A stretch of DNA of 47,649 nucleotides. Source: Thermodesulfobacteriota bacterium. Its GTDB lineage: Bacteria > Desulfobacterota > Desulfobacteria > Desulfobacterales > SURF-7. A model generated the notes under the pieces. It made no database searches. It was given only the letters and a program-made list of their open reading frames with translations, and had not been told where the DNA came from. The stretch's first letter is position 1; the number at the start of each line of letters is the position of its first letter. The position numbers and the translations under genes were made by a program. Positions 1-8,746 of this stretch are shown piece by piece. Where the stretch lies: the NCBI GenBank assembly GCA_049320885.1, contig JBMORA010000060.1:1-47649 (forward strand), given 5' to 3'.

Positions 1-135
1 TGGTTCCAAAAGCCGAAAAACTGATAAATTTTTAAAATCTTTAATCGGAAAAAATATTTTCGTTAATATAGATAAATATATTTATATGTTACACGGTTTT
101 TAAAAAAGTTAACCGGACAGCAATGATTTGTCTAC

Positions 136-468
136 ATGTTTTTTCTTGTATTACTTTTTGTACTGCCAGCCTGCGGCGATTCTGACCCAGCTCCTGAAAT
201 TCATAATGATGAAAAGCCTTTATGGAAAATATATACTAACATTAATGATATAATAACTCTATTGTTATCAGATGATGGAGAAACATTATGGGTAGGAACT
301 CAAGGCGGATTAGAAAAACGCGATTCCGATAATGGAAAGCATATTCAGGTATTCACGAAGGTAGATGGCCTACCGGAAAATCATATAACTTCTCTCGTAT
401 CCGATGGCAGCGGTGGGCTTTGGATTGGAACAGATGGTGGTGGGCTTGCCTATCTGATCTATAACTGA
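136..468 (+). pseudogene. Truncated lipoprotein with two-component-regulator beta-propeller (Reg_prop-like) repeats
   Basis: Lipobox-like LPAC after a hydrophobic stretch. Blade motifs LWVGTQGGL and GLPENHITSLVSDGSGGLWIGTDGGGL. Stops after about 2 blades. AT-rich relative to the window. Confidence 0.55.
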
Positions 469-798
469 TTACAGCTCCTTAAAAGAAAAATTGGATTATT
501 TTTCGGACCGAGCTAATATTTTGTACTATCGAATTTATCAACCCCAATGAAGGCGTTTTTTGCGCTTAGCGGCCACTTTTCGGGGCCCAAAAGAGGGATA
601 TAAGGATTTTGTTTCTCGTGGAGTTCGAAATCTCCTTTATCCGCATACAGCCTCCCCTTCCCTGCCGATACCTATCGACATGAGTAAATATCCGGTGAGA
701 TCAACTGCAAAACCATCTCACGCGAGACTGCAACGCGCGCAAAGAAATACATTTTTCCCCGTCGGAGCAAAAAAGGCGCCTGCTTTTCATCTGTGCCC

Positions 799-824
799 AT
801 CTGTGTCATCTGTGGATAATCCGT
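799..824. repeat. 26-bp dispersed repeat, copy 1 (atctgtgtcatctgtggataatccgt)
   Basis: 25/26 identical to 2667..2692. Preceded by an extra catctgtg unit at 788..795. Confidence 0.85.
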
Positions 825-985
825 TTTTTTCCGTTTTCCAACCGGAAGCGAAACCGCTCCCCCACTTTTCCCTTATCGTTCCTCGCGTTTTTGCCTGCTG
901 TTGTCAGTGCCTTTCATAATCCTCTTGCCCCGGACGGAGGGTCTGTGATAGGGCTGCCCTTTTTGATAACGGAGTGTAAACGGCC

Positions 986-2635
986 ATGATACATCTGAGC
1001 AATATCAGCAAGCAGCACGGATCGCAGATCCTTTTCGCCAACGTCAGTTTCCAGATTTTGCCTGGAACGTGCACCGGCTTGGTAGGGGCGAACGGCACCG
1101 GGAAAACCACCATTTTTCGCTTGATCACCCGGGAAGAGGAACCGGACAAAGGTGACATCATCTGCGCAAAACACATTAAAATCGGCTATTTTTCCCAGGA
1201 TGTGGGTGAGATGCGCGGACGGAGCGCCCTTGAGGAAGTGATGGCTGCCGCCGCGGACGTGGTGCTCCTGGGAAACGAAATCAGGGCCATGGAAAAGGAA
1301 ATGGCAAAACCCATGAGCGACGAAGCCATGGCGGATCTCCTGGAACGATACGGCAACAAGGCGGAGGAGTTTGAGCATCGCGGCGGTTACGATCTGGAAA
1401 GCCGCGCCCAGGCCATCCTGACCGGTCTGGGCATTGGTCCCGACGATTACCGCCGCCCGGTGGAATCCTTCAGCGGCGGCTGGAAAATGAGAATCGCCCT
1501 GGCCAGAATCCTCACGGTTCAACCCGACGTACTGCTATTGGATGAACCCACGAATCATCTGGATATGGAATCCATTGTCTGGCTTGAAAACTGGTTGGCC
1601 AACGACTTCAAAGGGGCTGTGCTCATGACCTGCCATGATCATGATTTCATGAATCGCCTGGCCACCCGCATCGTGGAAGTGGCCAACCGCAGCGTAACCC
1701 TTTATGGCGGAAACTATGATTTCTATATCCGGGAACGTGAGATCCGGCGGGAGCAGCTCCTGTCCAGCCACCGACGCCAGCAGGAAATGCTGGCCAAGGA
1801 GGAAGCGTTCATCGCCCGGTTTGCGGCAAGAGCCTCCCACGCTGCCCAGGTCCAGTCGCGGATAAAAAAGATAGAGAAAATCGACCGCATCGAAATCCCG
1901 CCCGAGCAGCGACGTGTCGTCTTTTCCTTTGCCGAGCCTCCCCGTTCCGGTGACGACGTGATCTGTCTGTCCCGGGCCGGGAAAAGCTGGCCGCTTCCGG
2001 ATGGGAGGGAAAAATCCGTTTTCGGTGGGGTATCCGGTATGATCCGGCGAGGGGAGAAGATTGCCGTGGTGGGGGTGAACGGGGCCGGAAAATCCACGTT
2101 TCTGAAAGTCCTGGCTGGAGAAACCCCGGTATCAAGCGGTTCGGTGACCATCGGTGCCAATGTCGGCGTCGGTTATTTCAGCCAGCATGCCATGGACATT
2201 CTCGATCCCGGAAAGACCGTTTTTGAAACCGTTCAAGACGCCATTCCCCTTGCCAACATTGGAATCGTGAAAAACCTCTGCGCCGCCTTTCTGTTTCCGG
2301 GAGACAGCGTTGACAAACGCATCGATGTACTTTCCGGAGGCGAAAAAAGCAGGGTCGTGCTTGCCACCCTTCTCGTCCGGCCGGTCAATCTCCTGATCCT
2401 GGATGAACCCACCAACCACCTGGACATTCTGGCCCGAGAGGTTCTCCTGGAAGCCCTGAAATCCTTTACCGGCACGGTGGTGATCGTCAGCCATGACCGC
2501 CATTTCCTGAAATCCCTGGTCACACGCGTTTTTGCCATCGATCACGGCGAGATGATCGCATACGAAGGCCCTTACGAGTATTATCAGAGCAAAATCAAAA
2601 CACAATCCCGGGAAAGGGTGGCGGCCCTGGCCTGA
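986..2635 (+). CDS. ABC-F family ATP-binding protein
   Basis: Two ABC domains ([48 protein letters not shown]). No TM segments. Confidence 0.95.
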   Translation: MIHLSNISKQHGSQILFANVSFQILPGTCTGLVGANGTGKTTIFRLITREEEPDKGDIICAKHIKIGYFSQDVGEMRGRSALEEVMAAAADVVLLGNEIRAMEKEMAKPMSDEAMADLLERYGNKAEEFEHRGGYDLESRAQAILTGLGIGPDDYRRPVESFSGGWKMRIALARILTVQPDVLLLDEPTNHLDMESIVWLENWLANDFKGAVLMTCHDHDFMNRLATRIVEVANRSVTLYGGNYDFYIREREIRREQLLSSHRRQQEMLAKEEAFIARFAARASHAAQVQSRIKKIEKIDRIEIPPEQRRVVFSFAEPPRSGDDVICLSRAGKSWPLPDGREKSVFGGVSGMIRRGEKIAVVGVNGAGKSTFLKVLAGETPVSSGSVTIGANVGVGYFSQHAMDILDPGKTVFETVQDAIPLANIGIVKNLCAAFLFPGDSVDKRIDVLSGGEKSRVVLATLLVRPVNLLILDEPTNHLDILAREVLLEALKSFTGTVVIVSHDRHFLKSLVTRVFAIDHGEMIAYEGPYEYYQSKIKTQSRERVAALA

Positions 2636-2666
2636 ACATAACTCCGATCACCTCTGTATGCATCAT

Positions 2667-2692
2667 ATCTGTGTAATCTGTGGATAATCCGT
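2667..2692. repeat. 26-bp dispersed repeat, copy 2 (atctgtgtaatctgtggataatccgt)
   Basis: Same orientation as 799..824, one mismatch. About 30 bp after the ABC-F stop. Confidence 0.85.
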
Positions 2693-3282
2693 ATTTCCGG
2701 CGCGTTCCGGCGGATGTCTCAACGTCCATCATCTGTCTGAACTTTGGCGAGTTTTCAGATGATGGCCTTCTTTTTATCGAAGGTCCCTCCGCAATAAAAA
2801 CAATAGAATTTTCGACTTACTTTTTAAGTTTTTTTTTCTATCTGTCAAATAACATTGGCCGGTTTTAAATCCAGAGAGATAGTAAAACGCCTGAAGGCGC
2901 AAGGCAGGCTCGCCATGCCAACCGGCCTCATCCGCGTCCGGGATGCCTGTCGCCCGTATCGACGCTCACCTTGTCACAGGCAAAAAAGGAATTCAACGGT
3001 TTTTACAAACATTTTTAAGGCTCCCGGTGCGTCTGCAGCAACGCATGGGAAATCCGCCCGGGATAAAAAAGGGGGCCACCGTTCAAGAATATGGTTTGGA
3101 ATACAGAAGCGGCTCCGATCCCCGGCCGTCGGCCGGGGACATCAGATGGTCAATCGCCAGCGGCTCCGATGTCCTCAGGGCATACATGTACGTTAGGCGC
3201 TCGTCGGCGCAACGGCAATGCGACAGGAATCGCCCGGCCCTGTTCCTTCAATGGGAAGTATTTACTTTCGCCGATTGCCGGC

Positions 3283-3489
3283 TTACAAATGCCGGCCGCA
3301 CAAATTCAGGCTGCAGAATCGGGTGATCCTGGCCCAACCGGAGCGTCTTTCGTTCAAATGGCGCCGTTCCCTCTGTTTGCGGCGGCTTTCCACGATCACA
3401 TACGGCTCCAGGGTTTGCGGCCGTCTGCGATCATCAATGGTCCGGCGGTCAAATCGTGCCCTCAGGGCGCTTTCCACCATGGCTTCCAT
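3283..3489 (-). CDS. Small Arg-rich hypothetical protein (repeated D/E-R-R motifs)
   Basis: Strong RBS AAGGAGG just upstream of ATG. Contains DRRTIDDRR and ERRHLNERRSGW. Confidence 0.65.
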   Translation of the reverse strand: MEAMVESALRARFDRRTIDDRRRPQTLEPYVIVESRRKQRERRHLNERRSGWARITRFCSLNLCGRHL

Positions 3490-3634
3490 AAGCTCCTCCT
3501 TTTTAAATGAAGGTCAACGAACCCGACACCTTCATGTCTTGATTATGCCGCTGTTTCGCGGCGGTCGCCGGAGAATCATGGGAAGATCGGTAAGAATCGC
3601 TGAACGGACCGAGTCATTTGGATGCCTGAACGCT

Positions 3635-3651
3635 TGCAACTTCCTGTCCAA
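3635..3651 (-). promoter_or_regulatory. Putative sigma-54 -24/-12 promoter
   Basis: Minus strand TTGGACAGGAAGTTGCA fits GG-N10-GC with TTGC. About 145 bp upstream of the 3489 start. Confidence 0.45.
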
Positions 3652-3830
3652 CGCGGAATGGTATGAGCGATGAGCTGACAACACCATATCAGATGCGGGT
3701 GGAAAAAACAATCAAAAGCACCCGGGTCCGGGATCAGCGGAATCGGCGGGGCTGCCGTTTCCCGGCCGGGAACGGTTGGCCAGATTACAGTGGATGGGGG
3801 CCGGAATCGGAAGACTCCGGGAGGTGCCGG

Positions 3831-4301
3831 TTACATTTCATAGACCGGCGGAGCTGTCTTTTCTTCTGATTTCAGGTGTTCACCTTCGGCCCTGGTCAGG
3901 ATTTCCGTGCCAAGGCGGGCCCCCTGGTAGGCCGTCCATTTGCCGGTCAGGCGATGGCCGTCCCGGCCGATTGCATAGGCCGCAATGCCGAACAGCCGGC
4001 CAGAAGTATCCGAATACACGACGGACAGGGTGTTATCGGTGACGATTCCCGTGCCGACATATCCTTCTCCAGCCACATTCCAGGCCAGCCGGTAGACATC
4101 ACCCTCTTGCCGGATAACCACGATCCCGGAATAGACGCCCGCACCGCCGGGGGCGGTGCCGTTCACGATATACGATCCGGCGATGGCCGGCGATTCCGCT
4201 GGGCCTTCCCCGGCGGCGGCCGATAACGGCAGGCATAAGATCAGCATGGGAAAGAGCAACATGGCAGGCAGGTTTTTTTGCGTATGGTGTTTCCGGGTCA
4301 T
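3831..4301 (-). CDS. Exported beta-rich protein (LIC10280-like)
   Basis: Signal peptide (LPLSAAA). IAGSYIVNGTAPGG..YSG.V.I..GDVY.L.W..G.G pattern. Upstream promoter. Confidence 0.75.
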   Translation of the reverse strand: MTRKHHTQKNLPAMLLFPMLILCLPLSAAAGEGPAESPAIAGSYIVNGTAPGGAGVYSGIVVIRQEGDVYRLAWNVAGEGYVGTGIVTDNTLSVVYSDTSGRLFGIAAYAIGRDGHRLTGKWTAYQGARLGTEILTRAEGEHLKSEEKTAPPVYEM

Positions 4302-4345
4302 CTTCCCTCACTTGGCCGGCTGTCCGGCGGATCTGATTTGATTCC

Positions 4346-4374
4346 GGTATAATCAAGAGGAGATAGGATGTCAA
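4346..4374 (-). promoter_or_regulatory. sigma-70 promoter for 3831..4301
   Basis: Minus strand TTGACA-17 bp-TATACC. Confidence 0.55.
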
Positions 4375-4479
4375 CAAAATCGGGTGCGACAGGTCAGTTT
4401 CCCGTTGCAATGCGTTCCAAAACCATTTAAGAATAGCCGCGAGAAAACATTCCCACCCCCAACCTTTCCAGGAGGAGCC

Positions 4480-5256
4480 ATGAATACAATCACTGCTCGA
4501 AACCTCATGCTGGCCGGTATGATCTGGACGCTCGGGTTTTCCGGCATGGCCGAGGCGGATATCTTTCTGAAATACAAATTGCATACGGATGGATTCCAGA
4601 TGATGGGACAGACTCAGCCCGCAAAGGACGCCAACCAGGAAACCTGGATCACCGACAATATGGTCCGCACGGATGAAGCCGGTAAATCCACCATCCTGCG
4701 GCTGGATCAAAAACGCGTTTATTTCATCGATCATCAGAAGAAAACCTACACGGACATGCCCCTTGGGGTTGAAAAAATGGCGGAACAGGCCGTAATGCAG
4801 GATGAAAGCATGAGCGCCGAAGAAAAACAGCAGGCCATGCAGTTCATGCAGGGCATGATGAAGGGCATGGCCAAAATCCAGGTCACGGTGACGGAGACCG
4901 GTGAACGGAAAAAAATCGGCAAATGGAACTGCACCAAGTACCTCCAGAAAATGACGACGGCCATGGGCCCCTCCGATTCCGAGATCTGGGCCACCAGGGA
5001 CATCAAGATCAATACGGATTTGCTGAATAAAATGCAGGCCGCCGGCATGATGATGATGCCGGGCATGCAGGATTCCATATCCGAAGTCGTCAAGGAGATG
5101 AAAAAAATCAACGGCGTGTCGGTACTCAGCACCTCCACGGCGGTCATGATGAATACCAGGGTCAAGACGACCCACGAATTGGTGGATTACATGGAAAAGA
5201 AGGCGCCGTCCGACTGGTACGCCCTGCCCAAGGGGTATGGCAAGGAACAGATGTGA
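4480..5256 (+). CDS. Exported DUF4412-like protein
   Basis: RBS GGAGGAG before ATG 4480. Signal peptide. TGERKKIGKWNCTKY and EIWAT motifs. Met-rich. Confidence 0.8.
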   Translation: MNTITARNLMLAGMIWTLGFSGMAEADIFLKYKLHTDGFQMMGQTQPAKDANQETWITDNMVRTDEAGKSTILRLDQKRVYFIDHQKKTYTDMPLGVEKMAEQAVMQDESMSAEEKQQAMQFMQGMMKGMAKIQVTVTETGERKKIGKWNCTKYLQKMTTAMGPSDSEIWATRDIKINTDLLNKMQAAGMMMMPGMQDSISEVVKEMKKINGVSVLSTSTAVMMNTRVKTTHELVDYMEKKAPSDWYALPKGYGKEQM

Positions 5257-6242
5257 CACCTGATTCAGGACGGACACCCGACCATGGCGGAGATGCCAAC
5301 GCCAACCACCCGATGAATCCGATGATCGAGGTCAGGGACGTATATAAGTCCTTTAAAACCGTCCAGGCGGTGAGGGGAATCAGCCTGTCCGTGTTCGAAG
5401 GACAATTCACGGCCCTCCTCGGTCCCAACGGTGCCGGCAAGACCACCCTGGTGGAAATGATCGAGGGGATTCAAAAACCGGATCGGGGGGATATTTTCAT
5501 CCTGGGAAAGCAGTGGAAGGGAAACGAGGACGAACTGCACCGCATCATCGGGCTTTCGCTTCAGGAAACCCACTTCATAGACAAGCTCACCGTCCGGGAG
5601 ACCCTGGTACTCTTTGCCGCCTTTTATGACCTCGGGAAAAACCGGGTCGCGGAAATCATCGACACCATCGGCCTTGGGGAAAAACGCCATGCCTATGTAG
5701 TCAGCCTTTCCGGCGGTCAGCGTCAACGGCTGGCCCTCGGCATCGCCCTGCTCAACAGACCGAAAATCCTGCTGCTGGATGAGCCGACCACCGGGCTTGA
5801 TCCCAATGCGCGGCGCGAAATCTGGTCGATTCTCTTCCGACTGAAGGAACAGGGGCAGACCTCGCTCATTCTCACCACCCATTACATGGAGGAGGCCGAG
5901 CAACTCTGCGATTATATCGTCATCATCGATCAGGGCCGCATCCTGAAACAGGGTCCCCTGGACCATTTGCTGAACGACGATCCGGATGAAAAAAGGATCG
6001 AGTTCACTCTGGAAAAATCCGAAAAAGCATCCGCAATGCTTGGGGACGGCCTTCCGTTGCCCCTGAAATGGGATAGCCGGACCGGTAAGGGAACCGTCAT
6101 GGTATCCCGGCTGGAAACGGAAATCCCGGTTTTTCTGTCGTTTCTGAAAGAAAAAAATGTCCGGCTGAACAAACTGGAATTCAGGAAAAAAACCCTGGAT
6201 GACGTGTTCACTTCCTTGACAGGCAGGCGCCTGGATGAATAA
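5253..6242 (+). CDS. ABC-2 type transporter ATP-binding protein (start may be 5313/5322)
   Basis: [37 protein letters not shown]. Confidence 0.93.
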   Translation: MTPDSGRTPDHGGDANANHPMNPMIEVRDVYKSFKTVQAVRGISLSVFEGQFTALLGPNGAGKTTLVEMIEGIQKPDRGDIFILGKQWKGNEDELHRIIGLSLQETHFIDKLTVRETLVLFAAFYDLGKNRVAEIIDTIGLGEKRHAYVVSLSGGQRQRLALGIALLNRPKILLLDEPTTGLDPNARREIWSILFRLKEQGQTSLILTTHYMEEAEQLCDYIVIIDQGRILKQGPLDHLLNDDPDEKRIEFTLEKSEKASAMLGDGLPLPLKWDSRTGKGTVMVSRLETEIPVFLSFLKEKNVRLNKLEFRKKTLDDVFTSLTGRRLDE

Positions 6243-7368
6243 AGGCCGTTTCCCCCGACAATTCGTCCAGCTGGTTTCCGCACTCTTCAGGGACATTTTC
6301 CGGCAGCCGGCGGTCCTGTTTTGGGGAATTGTGTTTCCCATCCTGATGTCCCTCGGACTGGGTATCGCCTTCACCCAGCAGCAGGAAGTCTTCCATCATG
6401 TGGCTGTCATCATCCCGGATATCCAACGGAACGTAACCCCCCGGATCGACTCTTTTCTGAATGAATACGGCGCGGCGACGGAACCAGCCGGCGATGCGGG
6501 GATGCGGCACCGGATATCCCTCACCGAAGACAAACTCGGGAAAACGACCTTCACCTTCCTCAAAACCGGAAGCCGCAAGGCCATGGTGCTGTTGAAACAG
6601 GGCCGCGTCAGCCTGCTGATCCAGGAACGCGACGGAAATATCCGCTACCGCTTTGACCCCCTCAATATCGACGCCCGGCTCGCCTATCTGAAGCTATCCG
6701 GCCTGCTGGGCGGAAACGCGTTTTACGGCCGGGAAAACCGAAACGGCGTCGAGCCACTGACGGTCATGGGCACCCGGTATATCGATTTTCTGATTCCCGG
6801 ACTGATGTCCATGGGCATCATGATGTCCTGCATGTGGGGGATGAGCTACGGAATGATCGAGAAACGATCCAGGAAACTGCTGCGGCGCATGGTGGCCACC
6901 CCCATGAAAAAGAGCTATTTCCTGATGGCGCTGATGATCGTCCGGATCACCATGAACTTCATCGAATCCGGGTTGCTGGTCCTCTTTGCCTATCTGGTTT
7001 TCGACATATCGATCCAGGGAAGCATTCCGGCTTTGATCCTGTTTTTCATCGCCGGCAATATCGCCTTCGGCGGCATCGCCATCTTCGTCTCTTCCCGCAC
7101 GGCCAACACGGAAATCGGCAACGGACTCGTGAATGTCGTGGTCATGCCCATGATGGTGCTGTCCGGTATTTTTTTCAGTTATCACAATTTCCCGGACTGG
7201 AGCATTCCGTTCATCCGGAAGCTGCCCCTGACCATCCTGGTGGACGGAATCCGCAGTATTTTCATTGAAGGGGCGGGTTTTGCCGAAACCGCACAGCCAA
7301 CCCTGATGTTGTCGGCCATCGGCATTCTTTTTTTCAGCGCCGGCCTGAAAATCTTTAAATGGCATTAA
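6235..7368 (+). CDS. ABC-2 type transporter permease
   Basis: N-terminal TM, extracytoplasmic loop, YIDFLIPG, multiple C-terminal TMs. Overlaps the ATPase gene. Confidence 0.92.
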   Translation: MNKGRFPRQFVQLVSALFRDIFRQPAVLFWGIVFPILMSLGLGIAFTQQQEVFHHVAVIIPDIQRNVTPRIDSFLNEYGAATEPAGDAGMRHRISLTEDKLGKTTFTFLKTGSRKAMVLLKQGRVSLLIQERDGNIRYRFDPLNIDARLAYLKLSGLLGGNAFYGRENRNGVEPLTVMGTRYIDFLIPGLMSMGIMMSCMWGMSYGMIEKRSRKLLRRMVATPMKKSYFLMALMIVRITMNFIESGLLVLFAYLVFDISIQGSIPALILFFIAGNIAFGGIAIFVSSRTANTEIGNGLVNVVVMPMMVLSGIFFSYHNFPDWSIPFIRKLPLTILVDGIRSIFIEGAGFAETAQPTLMLSAIGILFFSAGLKIFKWH

Positions 7369-7458
7369 TTTTATATACTTATAAACTACTACCACCGGTA
7401 TTTCAAAGTTTTCGTTCAAGAATTCAGCGTCTGTATATCCCCCAAACCCAAATTGTAC

Positions 7459-7487
7459 TTGACTTTGACGCAAAGCGTCATTATCAT
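7459..7487 (+). promoter_or_regulatory. sigma-70 promoter with palindrome in the spacer
   Basis: TTGACT-17 bp-TATCAT. The spacer holds TGACGC-aaa-GCGTCA (7466..7480). Confidence 0.55.
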
Positions 7488-7579
7488 CTTGTCCAGTTGA
7501 TGCCCATGCGCCTGCGGATAAACGCAGTCCCGTCAAGCGTCTGGGCAGGAGAAGGCTAACAAAGATTAAGGAGGGCCTT

Positions 7580-7771
7580 ATGGTATTGTTGACGAATCTG
7601 TCCCATTGTATGGACATCTGCAGCCTGTTCAAATTCGGAAATCGTTCGTGGCTGGGGACTCCCTTCAGCTCACAGCAATATTATTTCGATGCGGACAAAC
7701 ATGAAACCGGCCGGAGCGGACGAGAAAAAGGAGTGGCTTTCGATTTCGGCGATAACCTGAAAGTTCTTTAA
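7580..7771 (+). CDS. Small hypothetical protein (63 aa)
   Basis: RBS AAGGAGG before ATG. Own promoter upstream and terminator downstream. Confidence 0.6.
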   Translation: MVLLTNLSHCMDICSLFKFGNRSWLGTPFSSQQYYFDADKHETGRSGREKGVAFDFGDNLKVL

Positions 7772-7820
7772 TTGATTGTAAAATAAACATATTGCGTGAA
7801 TCAGTCGGACCGGACAGTCC

Positions 7821-7860
7821 AAAAAAAGCCGGAAGCGTGGATGCGCTTCTGGCTTTTTTG
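7821..7860. terminator. Intrinsic terminator, probably bidirectional
   Basis: aaaaaagccggaagcg-tggatg-cgcttctggctttttt hairpin flanked by A and T runs. Confidence 0.75.
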
Positions 7861-7931
7861 TTGGATTTGCGATACATAGTTTTGAAGATGGCAACAATCC
7901 GCCGGGGTTTAAGCCCGGAGTCCCGGAATGC

Positions 7932-8147
7932 ATGCCCAACCGTTTGAATCGGGAGATACCCTTGGCCACATTGACTTTCCTGCGTATCGGCAGGATGATC
8001 CATGATGAACTGGAAGAGTGTCTGGCGGAGCACTTGCTGGAGCGCCAGGCCCGGGGGTTGAAAAAACTGCGCCGAAAAGGGAAAATCATGGTTCAGGCCT
8101 GGATTGCCGGCGTGGTGAAATGGTTTGGCTTCGGCAACCTGATTTGA
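7932..8147 (+). CDS. Small hypothetical protein (71 aa)
   Basis: Fills an intergenic gap. Weak GGAG upstream. No recognised motif. Confidence 0.4.
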   Translation: MPNRLNREIPLATLTFLRIGRMIHDELEECLAEHLLERQARGLKKLRRKGKIMVQAWIAGVVKWFGFGNLI

Positions 8148-8278
8148 GCTTCCAGCGGTGACCCGGCGGATTTTCAAGAACGCTCAATTTATTTGACAGG
8201 GAATTGTGTTATACCTTAAAAATCATTAGGCTATCGGAAGAACAACCTTCATAAATCCATTCAGGGAGGAAGACCACA

Positions 8279-8614
8279 ATGATCATGATCGGAACCATCA
8301 CATTTCCGGAAGAAAGGGCCAATGATGTCGCCAAGTGCTACATGACCCTGCCGCCGGTGCCGGATTTTATCCAAACCCTGGGAACCTATGTGTACAACAA
8401 TCCCGGCGAGAAAATCCGGGCGTTCGCCATTTTCCAGTTCGATGAAGGCAGGGCCAACGAGGCCCTCGAATATTTTAAATTGAGATATGAAGTCTTCGGC
8501 AGGGTGGAGGGTCTTACATCCAAGGCCGAGGAATGGCTCGACGTTCAGGACGCCCTTAAAATCGTGGAAGAGGGAGAGTACAATATCAATACCCTGTCCA
8601 GCGGCGGCTTCTGA
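8279..8614 (+). CDS. Hypothetical protein (possible dimeric alpha-beta barrel)
   Basis: RBS GGGAGG upstream. Typical globular composition. Followed by a terminator. Confidence 0.75.
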   Translation: MIMIGTITFPEERANDVAKCYMTLPPVPDFIQTLGTYVYNNPGEKIRAFAIFQFDEGRANEALEYFKLRYEVFGRVEGLTSKAEEWLDVQDALKIVEEGEYNINTLSSGGF

Positions 8615-8687
8615 TACCCTTCCGCGCCGGTCCGGCAAACGGGGATTTCCTTGGATTTCCATCCCCGTCATGCGACCTTTTCAATAA

Positions 8688-8729
8688 AACAGCCACGCCC
8701 GTTTCACCGGGCAGTGGCTGTTGTTTTTT
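8688..8729. terminator. Terminator between convergent genes
   Basis: aacagccac-gcccg-tttcac-cgggc-a-gtggctgtt hairpin followed by a T run. Confidence 0.65.
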
Positions 8730-8746
8730 ACCCTGATGCCGAGCGG

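Noticed and set aside
630..830. oriC suggested by DnaA-box-like sequences
   Set aside because: Only one perfect and one imperfect box here, and no dnaA/dnaN/gyrB context.
2855..3326. Plus-strand ORFs 2855..3196 and 2943..3326
   Set aside because: No clear RBS or recognisable motifs; mutually overlapping.
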